Made by a program: the position numbers and the translations under genes. Shown piece by piece: positions 54,110 through 64,000 of a DNA stretch of 64,000 bases; positions within the stretch are counted from its first letter, which is position 1; each line of letters begins with the position of its first letter. The notes beneath the pieces are model-generated. The model was not told the origin of the DNA and did not search any database. It saw only the letters and a program-made list of their open reading frames with translations. This DNA is from a phage: sequence record PX104380.1; one strand, written 5' to 3'.

Positions 54110-54444
54110 AGCAGAAAATCTAATGTATTAGTTTTTTCACAACGAACAACAGAAGGACGTAAAAGATTTTCGTCAATAGCTTCCGACTGAATTTTTTCAA
54201 TTATACCCGAAGGAATAAATTTAGCAAATTGAGTTTCAGGAATAGAGTTTTCTTCCAAGAATGCTGTTGTAGCTTCAAGATAACTCATTCCAAACTCTTC
54301 TACCATTTTTTCAATAATAAATCCATTTTCTTGACGATCAAGAAGCTTTGCTATTTCATCCTTTTCTTTCTTGATTGAAAGTTCTTTTTCTGAAAGCCCG
54401 GCCTCATCGACCGGGCGAATATCATTTAGAGAAAACTGTGTCAT
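54106..54444 (-). CDS. 33: late transcription accessory protein gp33
   Basis: 112 aa from ATG 54444 (ORF track starts at TTG 54453); overlaps dsbA 3' end. Confidence 0.9.
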   Translation of the reverse strand: MTQFSLNDIRPVDEAGLSEKELSIKKEKDEIAKLLDRQENGFIIEKMVEEFGMSYLEATTAFLEENSIPETQFAKFIPSGIIEKIQSEAIDENLLRPSVVRCEKTNTLDFLL

Positions 54445-54691
54445 AAAGTTCAACTACCTCTTCAGTTTCAGCTTCAAACACATCACGGTTATCTTTATGA
54501 TACAAAGCTAATAGACGATTAAACATCTTGCCATCAACACCAAGTTCATCTTTAGCACGAATTCGAATATCTTTAATCAGTTCATTATAACCGGAAATTT
54601 TCAGTTTATGATCAGATGCTTCTTTAATAAATTTAGCCAAGTCTTCGCCGTGGATAGCTTCATCAAATTCAACCATTTCTTTTTTAGCCAT
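54422..54691 (-). CDS. dsbA: DsbA, dsDNA-binding late transcription protein
   Basis: 89 aa; SD GAGGT. Confidence 0.9.
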   Translation of the reverse strand: MAKKEMVEFDEAIHGEDLAKFIKEASDHKLKISGYNELIKDIRIRAKDELGVDGKMFNRLLALYHKDNRDVFEAETEEVVELYDTVFSK

Positions 54692-54699
54692 TATTCACC

Positions 54700-55617
54700 T
54701 CAAAATTCATTAATGCTATTAGTTAATTTAGAAAGACCCGCTTTTACAAAATATGAATAAATTTTGCCACGCGGTGGTAATTTATATGAATTATAGTAAT
54801 TCACAATGTTTGAAGCAATATTATCAGGAATATAATCAAAATCAATTAGAACTAAATTTTCTTTATAACGATTATATTCAGATTCTGTAAGAAGCACCTT
54901 AGCTTGCTCACGGTCATTAGCAATAGCTTCAACGATTGAAGTTTTCATTGAAGGAGTTCGTTCACCTTCAACTCTGGTAAACCAAAAGTCAGATCGTACT
55001 TTAACTGAAGCAACGTTATCCTTTTTGTCGCCTTTAAGGATTTTAGTCATACAGTCAATTTCAGCAGAACCGCTTTTAATTTTAACCCATTTCTTATGCA
55101 TCGGTGACCATTGCTTAACATTTGGGTATTTGTGAAGCTGTGTAAAGTCACCATCCGATGAAATGATTAAAATCTTGTGTCCTTCTAAAGAGAATTTTTT
55201 AACAAGAACAGCAATGTGGTCATCTGCTTCATACTTATCAATATCCATAACAATGTATGGCATATAAGCTTTCAATTCATCTATAACTTTATGACTGGAT
55301 TCAAAATAACCTTCCCAGTCCCAAGTAGATTCTTCTCGTGCTTTTCCACGGTTTTTCTTGTAATAGTAAGCAAAATCACGACGCCAGTATCCAGATTTCG
55401 CGTTATCAATACACAGTACAATTTTAGTGTATCCAAGCGTTTTTGCTTTTTTGACATTAAACTTAATTGAGTTCAATATCAAATGACGAACCATTGATAA
55501 ATTAATTTTTTCTTTATCTGGGAAGTTTACTAAAGCAGTTGAAAGCGCAATTTGACTAAAGTCAATAAAGCAAATTCCTTCTTTGTAATCTTCATCCAGC
55601 ATCATTTCTAAATCCAT
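54700..55617 (-). CDS. rnh: RNase H (5'-3' exonuclease, FEN family)
   Basis: 305 aa from ATG 55617 with SD GAGG (ORF track starts at TTG 55632); acidic active-site clusters DDH and SSDGDF. Confidence 0.93.
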   Translation of the reverse strand: MDLEMMLDEDYKEGICFIDFSQIALSTALVNFPDKEKINLSMVRHLILNSIKFNVKKAKTLGYTKIVLCIDNAKSGYWRRDFAYYYKKNRGKAREESTWDWEGYFESSHKVIDELKAYMPYIVMDIDKYEADDHIAVLVKKFSLEGHKILIISSDGDFTQLHKYPNVKQWSPMHKKWVKIKSGSAEIDCMTKILKGDKKDNVASVKVRSDFWFTRVEGERTPSMKTSIVEAIANDREQAKVLLTESEYNRYKENLVLIDFDYIPDNIASNIVNYYNSYKLPPRGKIYSYFVKAGLSKLTNSINEF

Positions 55618-55646
55618 ATGAACCTCGTTCAATTAGTGAGATTTCT

Positions 55647-55676
55647 ATTATATACCATCCAAATCTTAAAGTAAAC
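55647..55676 (-). promoter_or_regulatory. T4-type early promoter (GTTTAC-N17-ATATAA) for rnh
   Basis: GTTTAC and TATATAAT upstream of rnh; divergent from the gene 34 late promoter. Confidence 0.5.
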
Positions 55677-55679
55677 AAG

Positions 55680-55687
55680 TATAAATA
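55680..55687 (+). promoter_or_regulatory. late promoter TATAAATA for gene 34
   Basis: exact TATAAATA 34 nt upstream of ATG 55722. Confidence 0.55.
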
Positions 55688-55721
55688 CTTATTATTGAAA
55701 ACACAATAGGAGCCCGGGAGA

Positions 55722-58700
55722 ATGGCCGAGATTAAAAGAAAGTTCAGAGCAGAAGACGGTCTGGACGCAGGTGGTGATAAAATAATCAACGTAGCTTTAG
55801 CTGATCGTACCGTAGGAACTGACGGTGTTAACGTTGATTACTTAATTCAAGAAAACACAGTTCAGCAATATGATCCAACTCGTGGATATTTAAAAGATTT
55901 TGTAATCATTTATGATAACCGCTTTTGGGCTGCTATAAATGATATTCCAAAACCAGCAGGAGCTTTTAATAGCGTACGATGGAGAGCGTTACGTACTGAT
56001 GCTAACTGGATTACGGTTTCATCTGGTTCATATCAATTAAAATCTGGTGAAGCTATTTCGGTTAACACCGCAGCTGGTAATGATATTACATTTACTTTAC
56101 CATCTACCCCAATTGATGGTGATACTATCGTTCTCCAAGATATTGGAGGAAAACCAGGAGTTAACCAAGTTTTAATTGTAGCTCCGGTGCAAAGTATTGT
56201 AAACTTCAGAGGTCAACAAGTACGTTCAGTACTAATGACTCATCCAAAATCGCAGATAGTTTTAATTTTTAGTAATCGTCTGTGGCAAATGTATGTTGCT
56301 GATTATAGTAGAGAAGCTGTAGTTGTAACGCCTGCGAGTCTCTATCAGGCGCAATCAAACGATTTTATCGTACGTAGATTTACTTCTGCTTCAGCAATTA
56401 ATATTAAACTTCCTAGATTTGCTAATCATGGGGATATTATTAATTTTGTTGATTTAGATAAATTAAATCCGTTATATCATACTATCGTTACTACATACGA
56501 TGAAACGACTTCAGTACAAGAAGTTGGAACTCATTCCATTGAAGGCCGTACAACGATTGACGGTTTCTTAATGTTTGATGATAATGAGAAATTGTGGAGA
56601 TTATTTGACGGGGATAGTAAAGCACGTTTACGCATTATAATAACTAATTCTAATATTCGTCCAAACGAAGAAGTTATGGTATTTGGTGCGAATAACGGAA
56701 CAACTCAAACAATTGAGCTTCAGCTTCCAACTAATATTTCTGTTGGTGATACTGTTAAAATTTCCATGAATTACATGAGAAAAGGACAAACAGTTAAAAT
56801 CAAAGCTGCCGGTGAAGATAAAATTGCTTCTTCAGTTCAATTGCTGCAATTCCCAAAACGTTCAGAATATCCGCCTGAAACTAAATGGGTGACTGTCCAA
56901 GAATTAGTTTTTAACGGTGAAACTAATTATGTTCCAGTTTTACAGCTTGCTTATATAGAAGATTCTGATGGAAAATACTGGGTTGTACAGCAAAACGTTC
57001 CAACTGTAGAAAGAGTAGATTCTTTAAATGATTCTACTAGAGCAAGATTAGGCGTAATTGCTTTAGCTACACAGGCTCAAGCTAATGTCGATTTAGAAAA
57101 TTCTCCACAAAAAGAATTAGCAATTACTCCAGAAACATTAGCTAACCGTACTGCTACAGAAACTCGTAGAGGTATCGCAAGAATAGCAACTACTGCTCAA
57201 GTGAATCAGAACACCACATTCTCTTTTGCAGATGATATTATCATCACTCCTAAAAAGCTGAATGAAAGAACTGCTACAGAAACTCGTAGAGGCGTCGCTG
57301 AAATTGCTACACAGCAAGAAACTAATGCAGGAACCGATGATACTACAATCATCACTCCTAAAAAACTTCAAGCTCGCCAAGGTTCTGAATCATTATCTGG
57401 TATTGTAACTTTTGTATCTACTGCAGGTGCTACTCCAGCTTCTAGCCGTGAATTAAATGGTACGAATGTTTATAATAAAAACACTAATAACTTGGTTGTT
57501 TCGCCTAAAGCTTTGGATCAGTATAAAGCTACTCCAACGCAACAAGGTGCAGTAATTTTAGCAGTTGAAAGTGAAGTAATTGCTGGACAAAGCCAAGAAG
57601 GATGGGCAAATGCTGTTGTAACGCCAGAAACGTTACATAAAAAGACATCAACTGATGGAAGAATAGGATTAATTGAAATTGCTACGCAAAATGAAGTTAA
57701 TACAGGAACTGATTATACTCGTGCAGTCACTCCTAAAACTTTAAATGACCGTAGAGCAACTGAAAGTTTAAGTGGTATAGCTGAAATTGCTACACAAGTT
57801 GAATTCGACGCAGGCGTCGACGATACTCGTATCTCTACACCATTAAAAATTAAAACCAGATTTAATAGTACTGATCGTACTTCTGTTGTTGCTCTATCTG
57901 GATTAGTTGAATCAGGAACTCTCTGGGACCATTATACCCTTAATATTCTTGAAGCAAATGAGACGCAACGTGGTACACTTCGTGTAGCTACACAGGTCGA
58001 AGCTGCTGCAGGAAAATTAGATAATGTTTTAATAACTCCTAAAAAGCTTTTAGGTACTAAATCTACTGAAGCACAAGAAGGTGTTATTAAAGTTGCAACT
58101 CAGTCTGAAACTGTGACTGGAACGTCAGCAAATACTGCTGTATCTCCAAAAAATTTAAAATGGATTGTGCAGAGTGAACCTACCTGGGCAGCTACTACTG
58201 CAGTAAGAGGCTTTGTTAAAACTTCATCTGGTTCAATTACATTTGTCGGTAATGATACAGTCGGTTCTACCCAAGATTTAGAACTGTATGAGAAAAATAG
58301 TTATGCAGTATCACCATATGAATTAAACCGTGTATTAGCAAATTATTTGCCATTAAAAGCAAAAGCTGCAGATAGTAATTTATTGGATGGTCTAGATTCA
58401 TCTCAGTTCATTCGTAGGGATATTGCGCAGACGGTTAATGGTTCACTAACCTTAACTCAACAAACGAATCTGAGTGCCCCTCTTGTATCATCTAGTACTG
58501 CTACGTTTGGTGGTTCAGTTACAGCAAATAGTGTACTAACAATTTCTAATACTGGAACAGCAACTCGATTGATTTTTGAGAAAGGACCTCAAACTGGAAC
58601 AAACCCAGCCCAAACGATGACTGTTAGAGTGTGGGGAAATCAATTTAGTGGGGAATCAGATACAACACGTTCTACCGTATTTGAAGTTAGTGATGAAACA

Positions 58701-59591
58701 TCTAGTCATTTTTATTCTCAGCGCAATAAAGCCGGAAATATAACATTTAATATCAACGGTACAGTAACACCGATAAATGTTAATGCTTCAGGAACATTGA
58801 ATGCAAATGGCGTAGCAACATTTGGTAATTCAGTCACTGCAACCGGTGAAATTATTTCTCGAAGCGCAAATGCTTTCCGTGCTATTAACGGAAATTATGG
58901 TTTCATTGTTCGCAACGATGGATCAGTAACGAATTTTATGCTTACTGCATCGGGTGATCAGACTGGTGGATTCAACGGATTACGCCCATTAGCTATTAAT
59001 AATGCATCTGGTCAAGTAACGATTGGTGAAAGCTTAATCATCGCCAAAGGTGCTACTATAAATTCAGGTGGTTTAACTGTTAACTCGAGAATTCGTTCTC
59101 AGGGTACTAAAACCGCTGATTTATACACCCGTGCACCGACATCTGATACTGTAGGATTCTGGTCAATCGATATTAATGATTCAGCTACTTATAACCAATT
59201 CCCGGGTTATTTTAAAATGGTTGAAAAAACTAATGAAGTGACTGGACTTCCATATTTAGAACGTGGCGAAGAAGTTAAATCTCCTGGTACATTGACTCAG
59301 TTTGGTAACACACTTGATTCGCTTTACCAAGATTGGATTACTTATCCAACAACCCCAGAAGCGCGTACCACTCGTTGGACCCGCACATGGCAGAAAACCA
59401 AAAATTCCTGGTCAAGTTTTGTTCAGGTATTTGATGGAGGTAACCCTCCTCAACCGTCTGATATCGGTGCTTTACCATCTGATAATGCTACAATGGGTAA
59501 TCTTACTATTCGTGATTTCTTACGAATTGGTAATGTTCGCATTATTCCTGACCCAGTGAATAAAACTGTTAAATTTGAATGGGTTGAATAA
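55722..59591 (+). CDS. 34: long tail fiber proximal subunit gp34
   Basis: 1289 aa; T4 size; internal TETRRG-type repeats. Confidence 0.97.
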   Translation: MAEIKRKFRAEDGLDAGGDKIINVALADRTVGTDGVNVDYLIQENTVQQYDPTRGYLKDFVIIYDNRFWAAINDIPKPAGAFNSVRWRALRTDANWITVSSGSYQLKSGEAISVNTAAGNDITFTLPSTPIDGDTIVLQDIGGKPGVNQVLIVAPVQSIVNFRGQQVRSVLMTHPKSQIVLIFSNRLWQMYVADYSREAVVVTPASLYQAQSNDFIVRRFTSASAINIKLPRFANHGDIINFVDLDKLNPLYHTIVTTYDETTSVQEVGTHSIEGRTTIDGFLMFDDNEKLWRLFDGDSKARLRIIITNSNIRPNEEVMVFGANNGTTQTIELQLPTNISVGDTVKISMNYMRKGQTVKIKAAGEDKIASSVQLLQFPKRSEYPPETKWVTVQELVFNGETNYVPVLQLAYIEDSDGKYWVVQQNVPTVERVDSLNDSTRARLGVIALATQAQANVDLENSPQKELAITPETLANRTATETRRGIARIATTAQVNQNTTFSFADDIIITPKKLNERTATETRRGVAEIATQQETNAGTDDTTIITPKKLQARQGSESLSGIVTFVSTAGATPASSRELNGTNVYNKNTNNLVVSPKALDQYKATPTQQGAVILAVESEVIAGQSQEGWANAVVTPETLHKKTSTDGRIGLIEIATQNEVNTGTDYTRAVTPKTLNDRRATESLSGIAEIATQVEFDAGVDDTRISTPLKIKTRFNSTDRTSVVALSGLVESGTLWDHYTLNILEANETQRGTLRVATQVEAAAGKLDNVLITPKKLLGTKSTEAQEGVIKVATQSETVTGTSANTAVSPKNLKWIVQSEPTWAATTAVRGFVKTSSGSITFVGNDTVGSTQDLELYEKNSYAVSPYELNRVLANYLPLKAKAADSNLLDGLDSSQFIRRDIAQTVNGSLTLTQQTNLSAPLVSSSTATFGGSVTANSVLTISNTGTATRLIFEKGPQTGTNPAQTMTVRVWGNQFSGESDTTRSTVFEVSDETSSHFYSQRNKAGNITFNINGTVTPINVNASGTLNANGVATFGNSVTATGEIISRSANAFRAINGNYGFIVRNDGSVTNFMLTASGDQTGGFNGLRPLAINNASGQVTIGESLIIAKGATINSGGLTVNSRIRSQGTKTADLYTRAPTSDTVGFWSIDINDSATYNQFPGYFKMVEKTNEVTGLPYLERGEEVKSPGTLTQFGNTLDSLYQDWITYPTTPEARTTRWTRTWQKTKNSWSSFVQVFDGGNPPQPSDIGALPSDNATMGNLTIRDFLRIGNVRIIPDPVNKTVKFEWVE

Positions 59592-59599
59592 GAGGTATT

Positions 59600-60715
59600 A
59601 TGGAAAAATTTATGGCAAAGTTTGGACAAGGATATGTCCAAACGCCATTTTTATCGGAAAGCAATTCAGTAAGATACAAAATAAGTATAGCGGGTTCTTG
59701 CCCGCTTTCTACCGCAGGACCATACGTTAAATTTCAAGATAATCCTGTAGGAAGTCAAACATTTAGTGCAGGTCTTCATTTAAGAGTTTTTGACCCTTCC
59801 ACGGGAGCATTGGTTGATAGTAAGTCATATGTTTTTTCGACTTCAAATGATACTACATCAGCTGCTTTTGTTAGTTTCATGAATTCTTTTTCAAACAACA
59901 GACTTGTTGCCATATTAACTAGCGGAAAGGTTAATTTTCCTCCTGAAGTAGTATCTTGGTTAAGAACGGCAGGAACATCTGCTTTTCCATCTGATTCTTT
60001 ATTGTCAAGATTTGATGTATCATATGCTGCCTTTTACACTTCTTCTAAAAGAGCTATCGCACTAGAGCATGTTAAACTGAGTAACAGAAAAAGCACAGAT
60101 GACTATCAAACTATATTAGATGTAGTATTTGACAGTTTAGAAGATGTTGGAGCGACAGGATTTCCTAAAAGAACATATGAAAGCGTTGAGCAATTTATGT
60201 CAGCTGTTGGTGGAACTAATAACGAAATTGCACGTCTACCTACAGCATCTGCAATAAGTAAACTTTCTGACTATAATTTAATTCCTGGAGATGTTCTTTA
60301 TCTTAAAGCACAACTATATGCTGATGCTGATTTACTTGCTCTTGGAACTACAAATATATCTATCCGTTTTTATAATGCGTCGAATGGATATATTTCCTCG
60401 ACACAAGCTGAGTTTACTGGACAGGCTGGGTCTTGGGAATTAAAGGAAGATTATGTAGTTGTTCCTGAAAACGCTGTAGGATTTACGATATACGCACAGA
60501 GAACTGCACAAGCGGGTCAAGGCGGTATGAGAAATTTAAGCTTTTCTGAAGTGTCAAGAAATGGCGGCATTTCAAAACCTGCTGAGTTTGGCGTCAATGG
60601 TATTCGAGTTAATTATATCTGCGAATCTGCTTCACCTCCAGATATAATGGTACTTCCTACGCAAGCATCGTCTAAAACTGGTAAAGTGTTTGGACAAGAA
60701 TTTAGAGAAGTTTAA
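59600..60715 (+). CDS. 35: long tail fiber hinge connector gp35
   Basis: 371 aa; begins MEKFMAKFGQGYVQTPF. Confidence 0.95.
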   Translation: MEKFMAKFGQGYVQTPFLSESNSVRYKISIAGSCPLSTAGPYVKFQDNPVGSQTFSAGLHLRVFDPSTGALVDSKSYVFSTSNDTTSAAFVSFMNSFSNNRLVAILTSGKVNFPPEVVSWLRTAGTSAFPSDSLLSRFDVSYAAFYTSSKRAIALEHVKLSNRKSTDDYQTILDVVFDSLEDVGATGFPKRTYESVEQFMSAVGGTNNEIARLPTASAISKLSDYNLIPGDVLYLKAQLYADADLLALGTTNISIRFYNASNGYISSTQAEFTGQAGSWELKEDYVVVPENAVGFTIYAQRTAQAGQGGMRNLSFSEVSRNGGISKPAEFGVNGIRVNYICESASPPDIMVLPTQASSKTGKVFGQEFREV

Positions 60716-60720
60716 ACTGA

Positions 60721-60743
60721 GGGAGCCTTCGGGTTCCCTTTTT
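60721..60743 (+). terminator. hairpin GGGAGCC-UUCG-GGUUCCC plus UUUUU, 3' of gene 35
   Basis: 7-bp stem (one G-U pair), UUCG loop, then five U. Confidence 0.6.
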
Positions 60744-60746
60744 CTT

Positions 60747-60754
60747 TATAAATA
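60747..60754 (+). promoter_or_regulatory. late promoter TATAAATA for gene 36
   Basis: exact TATAAATA 23 nt upstream of ATG 60778. Confidence 0.55.
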
Positions 60755-60777
60755 CTATTAAAATAAAGGGGCATACA

Positions 60778-61434
60778 ATGGCTGATTTAAAAGTAGGTTC
60801 AACAATCGGAGGCTCTGTCATTTGGCATCAAGGAAATTTTCCATTGAATCCAGCCGGTGACGATGTACTCTATAAATCATTTAAAATATATTCAGAATAT
60901 AATAAACCACAAGCAACTGATAACGATTTCGTTTCTAAAGCTAATGGTGGTACTTATTTAAATAAAGTAATTTTTAATAAAGGAATGACTGTTCCTGGTG
61001 CTGGGTCAGGTGACAACGGTATTTTTGCCGGTCCTGGTGATAATGCCACATATGATACTACAAATATGGATATTGTTTCATGGTATGGTATCGGCTTTAA
61101 ATCATCACAAGGAGCAGCAGGTAGAACTGTAGTAATTAACACACGAAACGGAGATATTAGCTCAAAGGGTGTAATTGAAGCATCACAAATACGCGCAACT
61201 TCGCTATCACCAGTAAATAATTATGACCTTACGAGAAAAGATTATGTTGATGGAGCAATAAATATTGTTACAACAAATGCAAACTCTAGAGTATTACGCT
61301 CTGGAGACACTATGACAGGAAATTTAACTGCGCCAAACCTTTTTTCACAGAATCCTGCATCTCAACCCTCGCATGTTCCGCGATTTGACCAAATCGTAAT
61401 TAAGGATTCTGTTCAAGATTTCGGCTATTATTAA
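60778..61434 (+). CDS. 36: long tail fiber distal connector gp36
   Basis: 218 aa; SD AAGGGG. Confidence 0.93.
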   Translation: MADLKVGSTIGGSVIWHQGNFPLNPAGDDVLYKSFKIYSEYNKPQATDNDFVSKANGGTYLNKVIFNKGMTVPGAGSGDNGIFAGPGDNATYDTTNMDIVSWYGIGFKSSQGAAGRTVVINTRNGDISSKGVIEASQIRATSLSPVNNYDLTRKDYVDGAINIVTTNANSRVLRSGDTMTGNLTAPNLFSQNPASQPSHVPRFDQIVIKDSVQDFGYY

Positions 61435-61442
61435 GAGGACTT

Positions 61443-64000
61443 ATGGCTACTTTAAAACAAATACAATTTAAAAGAAGCAAAACGGCAGGTCAACGTCCAG
61501 CTGCTTCAGTATTAGCCGAAGGTGAATTGGCTATAAACTTAAAAGACCGTGTACTTTTTACTAAAGATGACCAGGGAAATATTATTGATTTAGGTTTTGC
61601 TAAAGGCGGTAGTATTGACGGGAATGTTATTCATAAAGGCAATTATAACCAAACTGGCGATTATACTTTAAACGGTACATTCACCCAGACTGGTAATTTT
61701 AATTTAACCGGTATTGCTCGAGTAACTCGTGATATTATTGCTGCTGGGCAGATTATGACTGAAGGCGGAGAACTTATTACAAAAAGTTCAGGTACATCAC
61801 ATGTTCGTTTTCATGATTCAGCTGACCGTGAACGTGGAATCATTTTTTCTCCTGCTAATGATGGATTAACTACACAAGTAATTAACATCAGAGTTCAAGA
61901 TTACAAAGCCGGTTCAGAAAGCACTTTCGCTTTTAATGGAAATGGTTTGTTTTCTTCACCAGAAGTTTTTGGGTGGAAATCTGTATCAACTCCGGTAATT
62001 TATACCAATAAAGTTATCACCAATAAAAAAGTTAAAGATGATTATGACATCTATTCGATGGCAGACAATGTTCCATTGTCTGAAAGCACTACTGCTATTA
62101 ATCATCTACGTGTCATGCGCAATGCAGTCGGTTCTGGTATTTTCCATGAAGTTAAAGATAATGATGGAATAACTTGGTATAGTGGAGATGGATTAGATGC
62201 TTATCTGTGGTCATTTACCTGGAGCGGCGGAATTAAATCAAGTCACTCAATTTCCATCGGTTTAACACCCGGACCTAAGGATTACTCAATATTAGGACCG
62301 TCTAGTATCGCTTTAGGAGATAATGATACTGGATTTAAATGGCATCAAGACGGATATTATTTCAGTGTTAACAATGGCACAAAAACGTTTTTATTTAGTC
62401 CAAGCGAAACAACTAGCCTAAGAAAATTTGTAGCTGGATATTCTACTAACGGAACCGATTTAACTACTCCTCCAACTGAAAATTATGCTCTTGCTACTGT
62501 AGTGACATACCATGATAATAACGCGTTTGGGGATGGTCAGACTCTTTTAGGATATTATCAAGGCGGTAACTATCATCATTATTTCCGCGGCAAGGGCACT
62601 ACAAACATTAATACTCACGGCGGGTTGTTAGTTACTCCAGGCAATATTGACGTTATTGGTGGTTCTGTTAATATCGATGGTAGAAATAATGCTTCTACAG
62701 CGATGTTTAAAGGTAACACAACAGGTAGTAGTTCTGTGGATAACATGACAATTTCTGTGTGGGGTAATACATTTATTAATCCAAGCGAAGGCACCCGCAA
62801 AAATGTCATGGAAATTTCCGATGCAACTAGCTGGATGAGCTATATTCAAAGACTTACTACTGGTGAAGTAGAAATGAACGTTAACGGTTCATTTGAATCA
62901 TCTGGTGTTACTGCTGGAAATAGAGGAGTTCACACAACAGGCGAAATTTCATCTGGAGCAGTGAATGCGCTTCGCATTTGGAATGCAGATTATGGAGCCA
63001 TTTTTAGACGTTCAGAAGGAAGTCTTCATATTATTCCAACTGCTTACGGTGAAGGCAAAAATGGTGATATCGGTCCACTTCGTCCATTTAGTATTGCTTT
63101 GGATACTGGTAAGGTTGTTATTCCAGATTTAGAATCAAGTTATAACACGTTTGCTGCAAATGGCTACATTAAATTTGCTGGTCATGGGGCTGGTGCCGAC
63201 GGTTATGATATTCAGTATTCACAAGCTGCTCCTATTTTCCAAGAAATCGATGATGCTGCTGTAAGCAAATATTATCCTATTGTTAAACAGAAGTTTTTAA
63301 ACGGTAAAGCCGTTTGGTCTTTAGGTACTGAAATTAATTCAGGTACTTTTGTTTTACATCATTTGAAAGAAGATGGTTCACAAGGCCATACATCAAGATT
63401 TAATGCTGATGGTACAGTTAATTTCCCCGATAACGTTCAGGTCGGCGGCGGTGAAGCTACTATTGCTCGTAATGGTAATATTTTCTCAGATATTTGGAAA
63501 TCGTTTACTTCTGCGGGAGAAACCACAAATATTCGCGATGCAATAGCTACTCGTGTTTCTAAAGAAGGCGACACGATGACTGGTAAATTGACTTTATCGG
63601 CAGGCAATGATGCTCTCATTTTAACTGCGGGCGAAGGTGCTTCATCACATATCCGTAGTGATGTAGGTGGTACAGGTAACTGGTATATAGGCAAAGGCGG
63701 CGGCGACAATGGTCTAGGTTTTTATAGTTACATTACACAAGGCGGTGTATACATAACAAATAACGGCGAAATATCGCTTTCTCCTCAAGGTCAAGGAACA
63801 TTTAATTTTAATAGAGACCGCCTTCATATAAACGGTACACAATGGGTTGCGCACCAAGCTGGTGATTGGGGAAACCAATGGCGACAAGAAGCGCCAATAT
63901 TTGTAGATTTTGGCAATGTCGGTAATGATAGTTATTACCCGATTATCAAAGGAAAATCTGGTATTACTAATGAAGGATACATATCGGGTGTTGATTTTGG
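61443..64000 (+). CDS. 37: long tail fiber distal subunit gp37 (5' partial, runs off window end)
   Basis: ATG 61443 8 nt after gp36 stop; begins MATLKQIQFKRSKTAGQRPAASVLAEGELA; frame open to nt 64000; not in ORF track because no stop is reached. Confidence 0.93.
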   Translation, partial: MATLKQIQFKRSKTAGQRPAASVLAEGELAINLKDRVLFTKDDQGNIIDLGFAKGGSIDGNVIHKGNYNQTGDYTLNGTFTQTGNFNLTGIARVTRDIIAAGQIMTEGGELITKSSGTSHVRFHDSADRERGIIFSPANDGLTTQVINIRVQDYKAGSESTFAFNGNGLFSSPEVFGWKSVSTPVIYTNKVITNKKVKDDYDIYSMADNVPLSESTTAINHLRVMRNAVGSGIFHEVKDNDGITWYSGDGLDAYLWSFTWSGGIKSSHSISIGLTPGPKDYSILGPSSIALGDNDTGFKWHQDGYYFSVNNGTKTFLFSPSETTSLRKFVAGYSTNGTDLTTPPTENYALATVVTYHDNNAFGDGQTLLGYYQGGNYHHYFRGKGTTNINTHGGLLVTPGNIDVIGGSVNIDGRNNASTAMFKGNTTGSSSVDNMTISVWGNTFINPSEGTRKNVMEISDATSWMSYIQRLTTGEVEMNVNGSFESSGVTAGNRGVHTTGEISSGAVNALRIWNADYGAIFRRSEGSLHIIPTAYGEGKNGDIGPLRPFSIALDTGKVVIPDLESSYNTFAANGYIKFAGHGAGADGYDIQYSQAAPIFQEIDDAAVSKYYPIVKQKFLNGKAVWSLGTEINSGTFVLHHLKEDGSQGHTSRFNADGTVNFPDNVQVGGGEATIARNGNIFSDIWKSFTSAGETTNIRDAIATRVSKEGDTMTGKLTLSAGNDALILTAGEGASSHIRSDVGGTGNWYIGKGGGDNGLGFYSYITQGGVYITNNGEISLSPQGQGTFNFNRDRLHINGTQWVAHQAGDWGNQWRQEAPIFVDFGNVGNDSYYPIIKGKSGITNEGYISGVDF

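Noticed and set aside
62615-63709. Minus-strand ORFs of 64, 73 and 90 aa inside gene 37
   Set aside because: Antisense to the tail fiber gene; Pro/Thr-rich low-complexity translations reflect the Gly/Gly-Asn codon bias of the sense strand.

Overview
This window is a contiguous segment of a T4-like (T-even, Tevenvirinae) coliphage genome, colinear with phage T4 from gene 17 (terminase large subunit, ATG at nt 1) to roughly the first 850 codons of gene 37 (runs off the window end). All identifications rest on reading the ORF translations, motifs and gene order against what I remember of T4; no database search was run. Order: 17-18-[HNH]-19-20-67-68-21-22-23-24 (+), rnlB-24.2-24.3-hoc-inh (-), uvsW-[HNH]-uvsW.1 (+), uvsY.-2/uvsY.-1/uvsY/25/26 (-), 51-27-28-29-48-54 (+), then a long minus-strand block (alt paralogs, DNA ligase 30, 30.x, rIII, 31, cd, pseT, spanins, alc, rnlA, denA, nrdB, mobE, nrdA, td, frd, 32, segG-like, 59, 33, dsbA, rnh), then 34-35-36-37 (+). 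Many ORF-track starts are upstream in-frame TTG/GTG codons; I moved starts to the ATG with a Shine-Dalgarno where the sequence supports it. Late promoters (TATAAATA), early promoters (GTTTAC-N17/18-TAnnnT), two MotA-box middle promoters, hairpin terminators and the gene 32 operator are readable. No rRNA, tRNA, CRISPR array or group I intron was seen. I did not find a clear multi-gene system that is obviously new. The content that departs from my memory of T4 is: three free-standing HNH endonuclease genes plus a segG-like GIY-YIG gene, two tandem full-length Alt ADP-ribosyltransferases, a Hoc with a duplicated Ig-like domain, intron-less td and nrdB, a 115-aa ORF between frd and td, extra small ORFs, and a 244-bp ORF-free structured spacer between rIII and 30.9.
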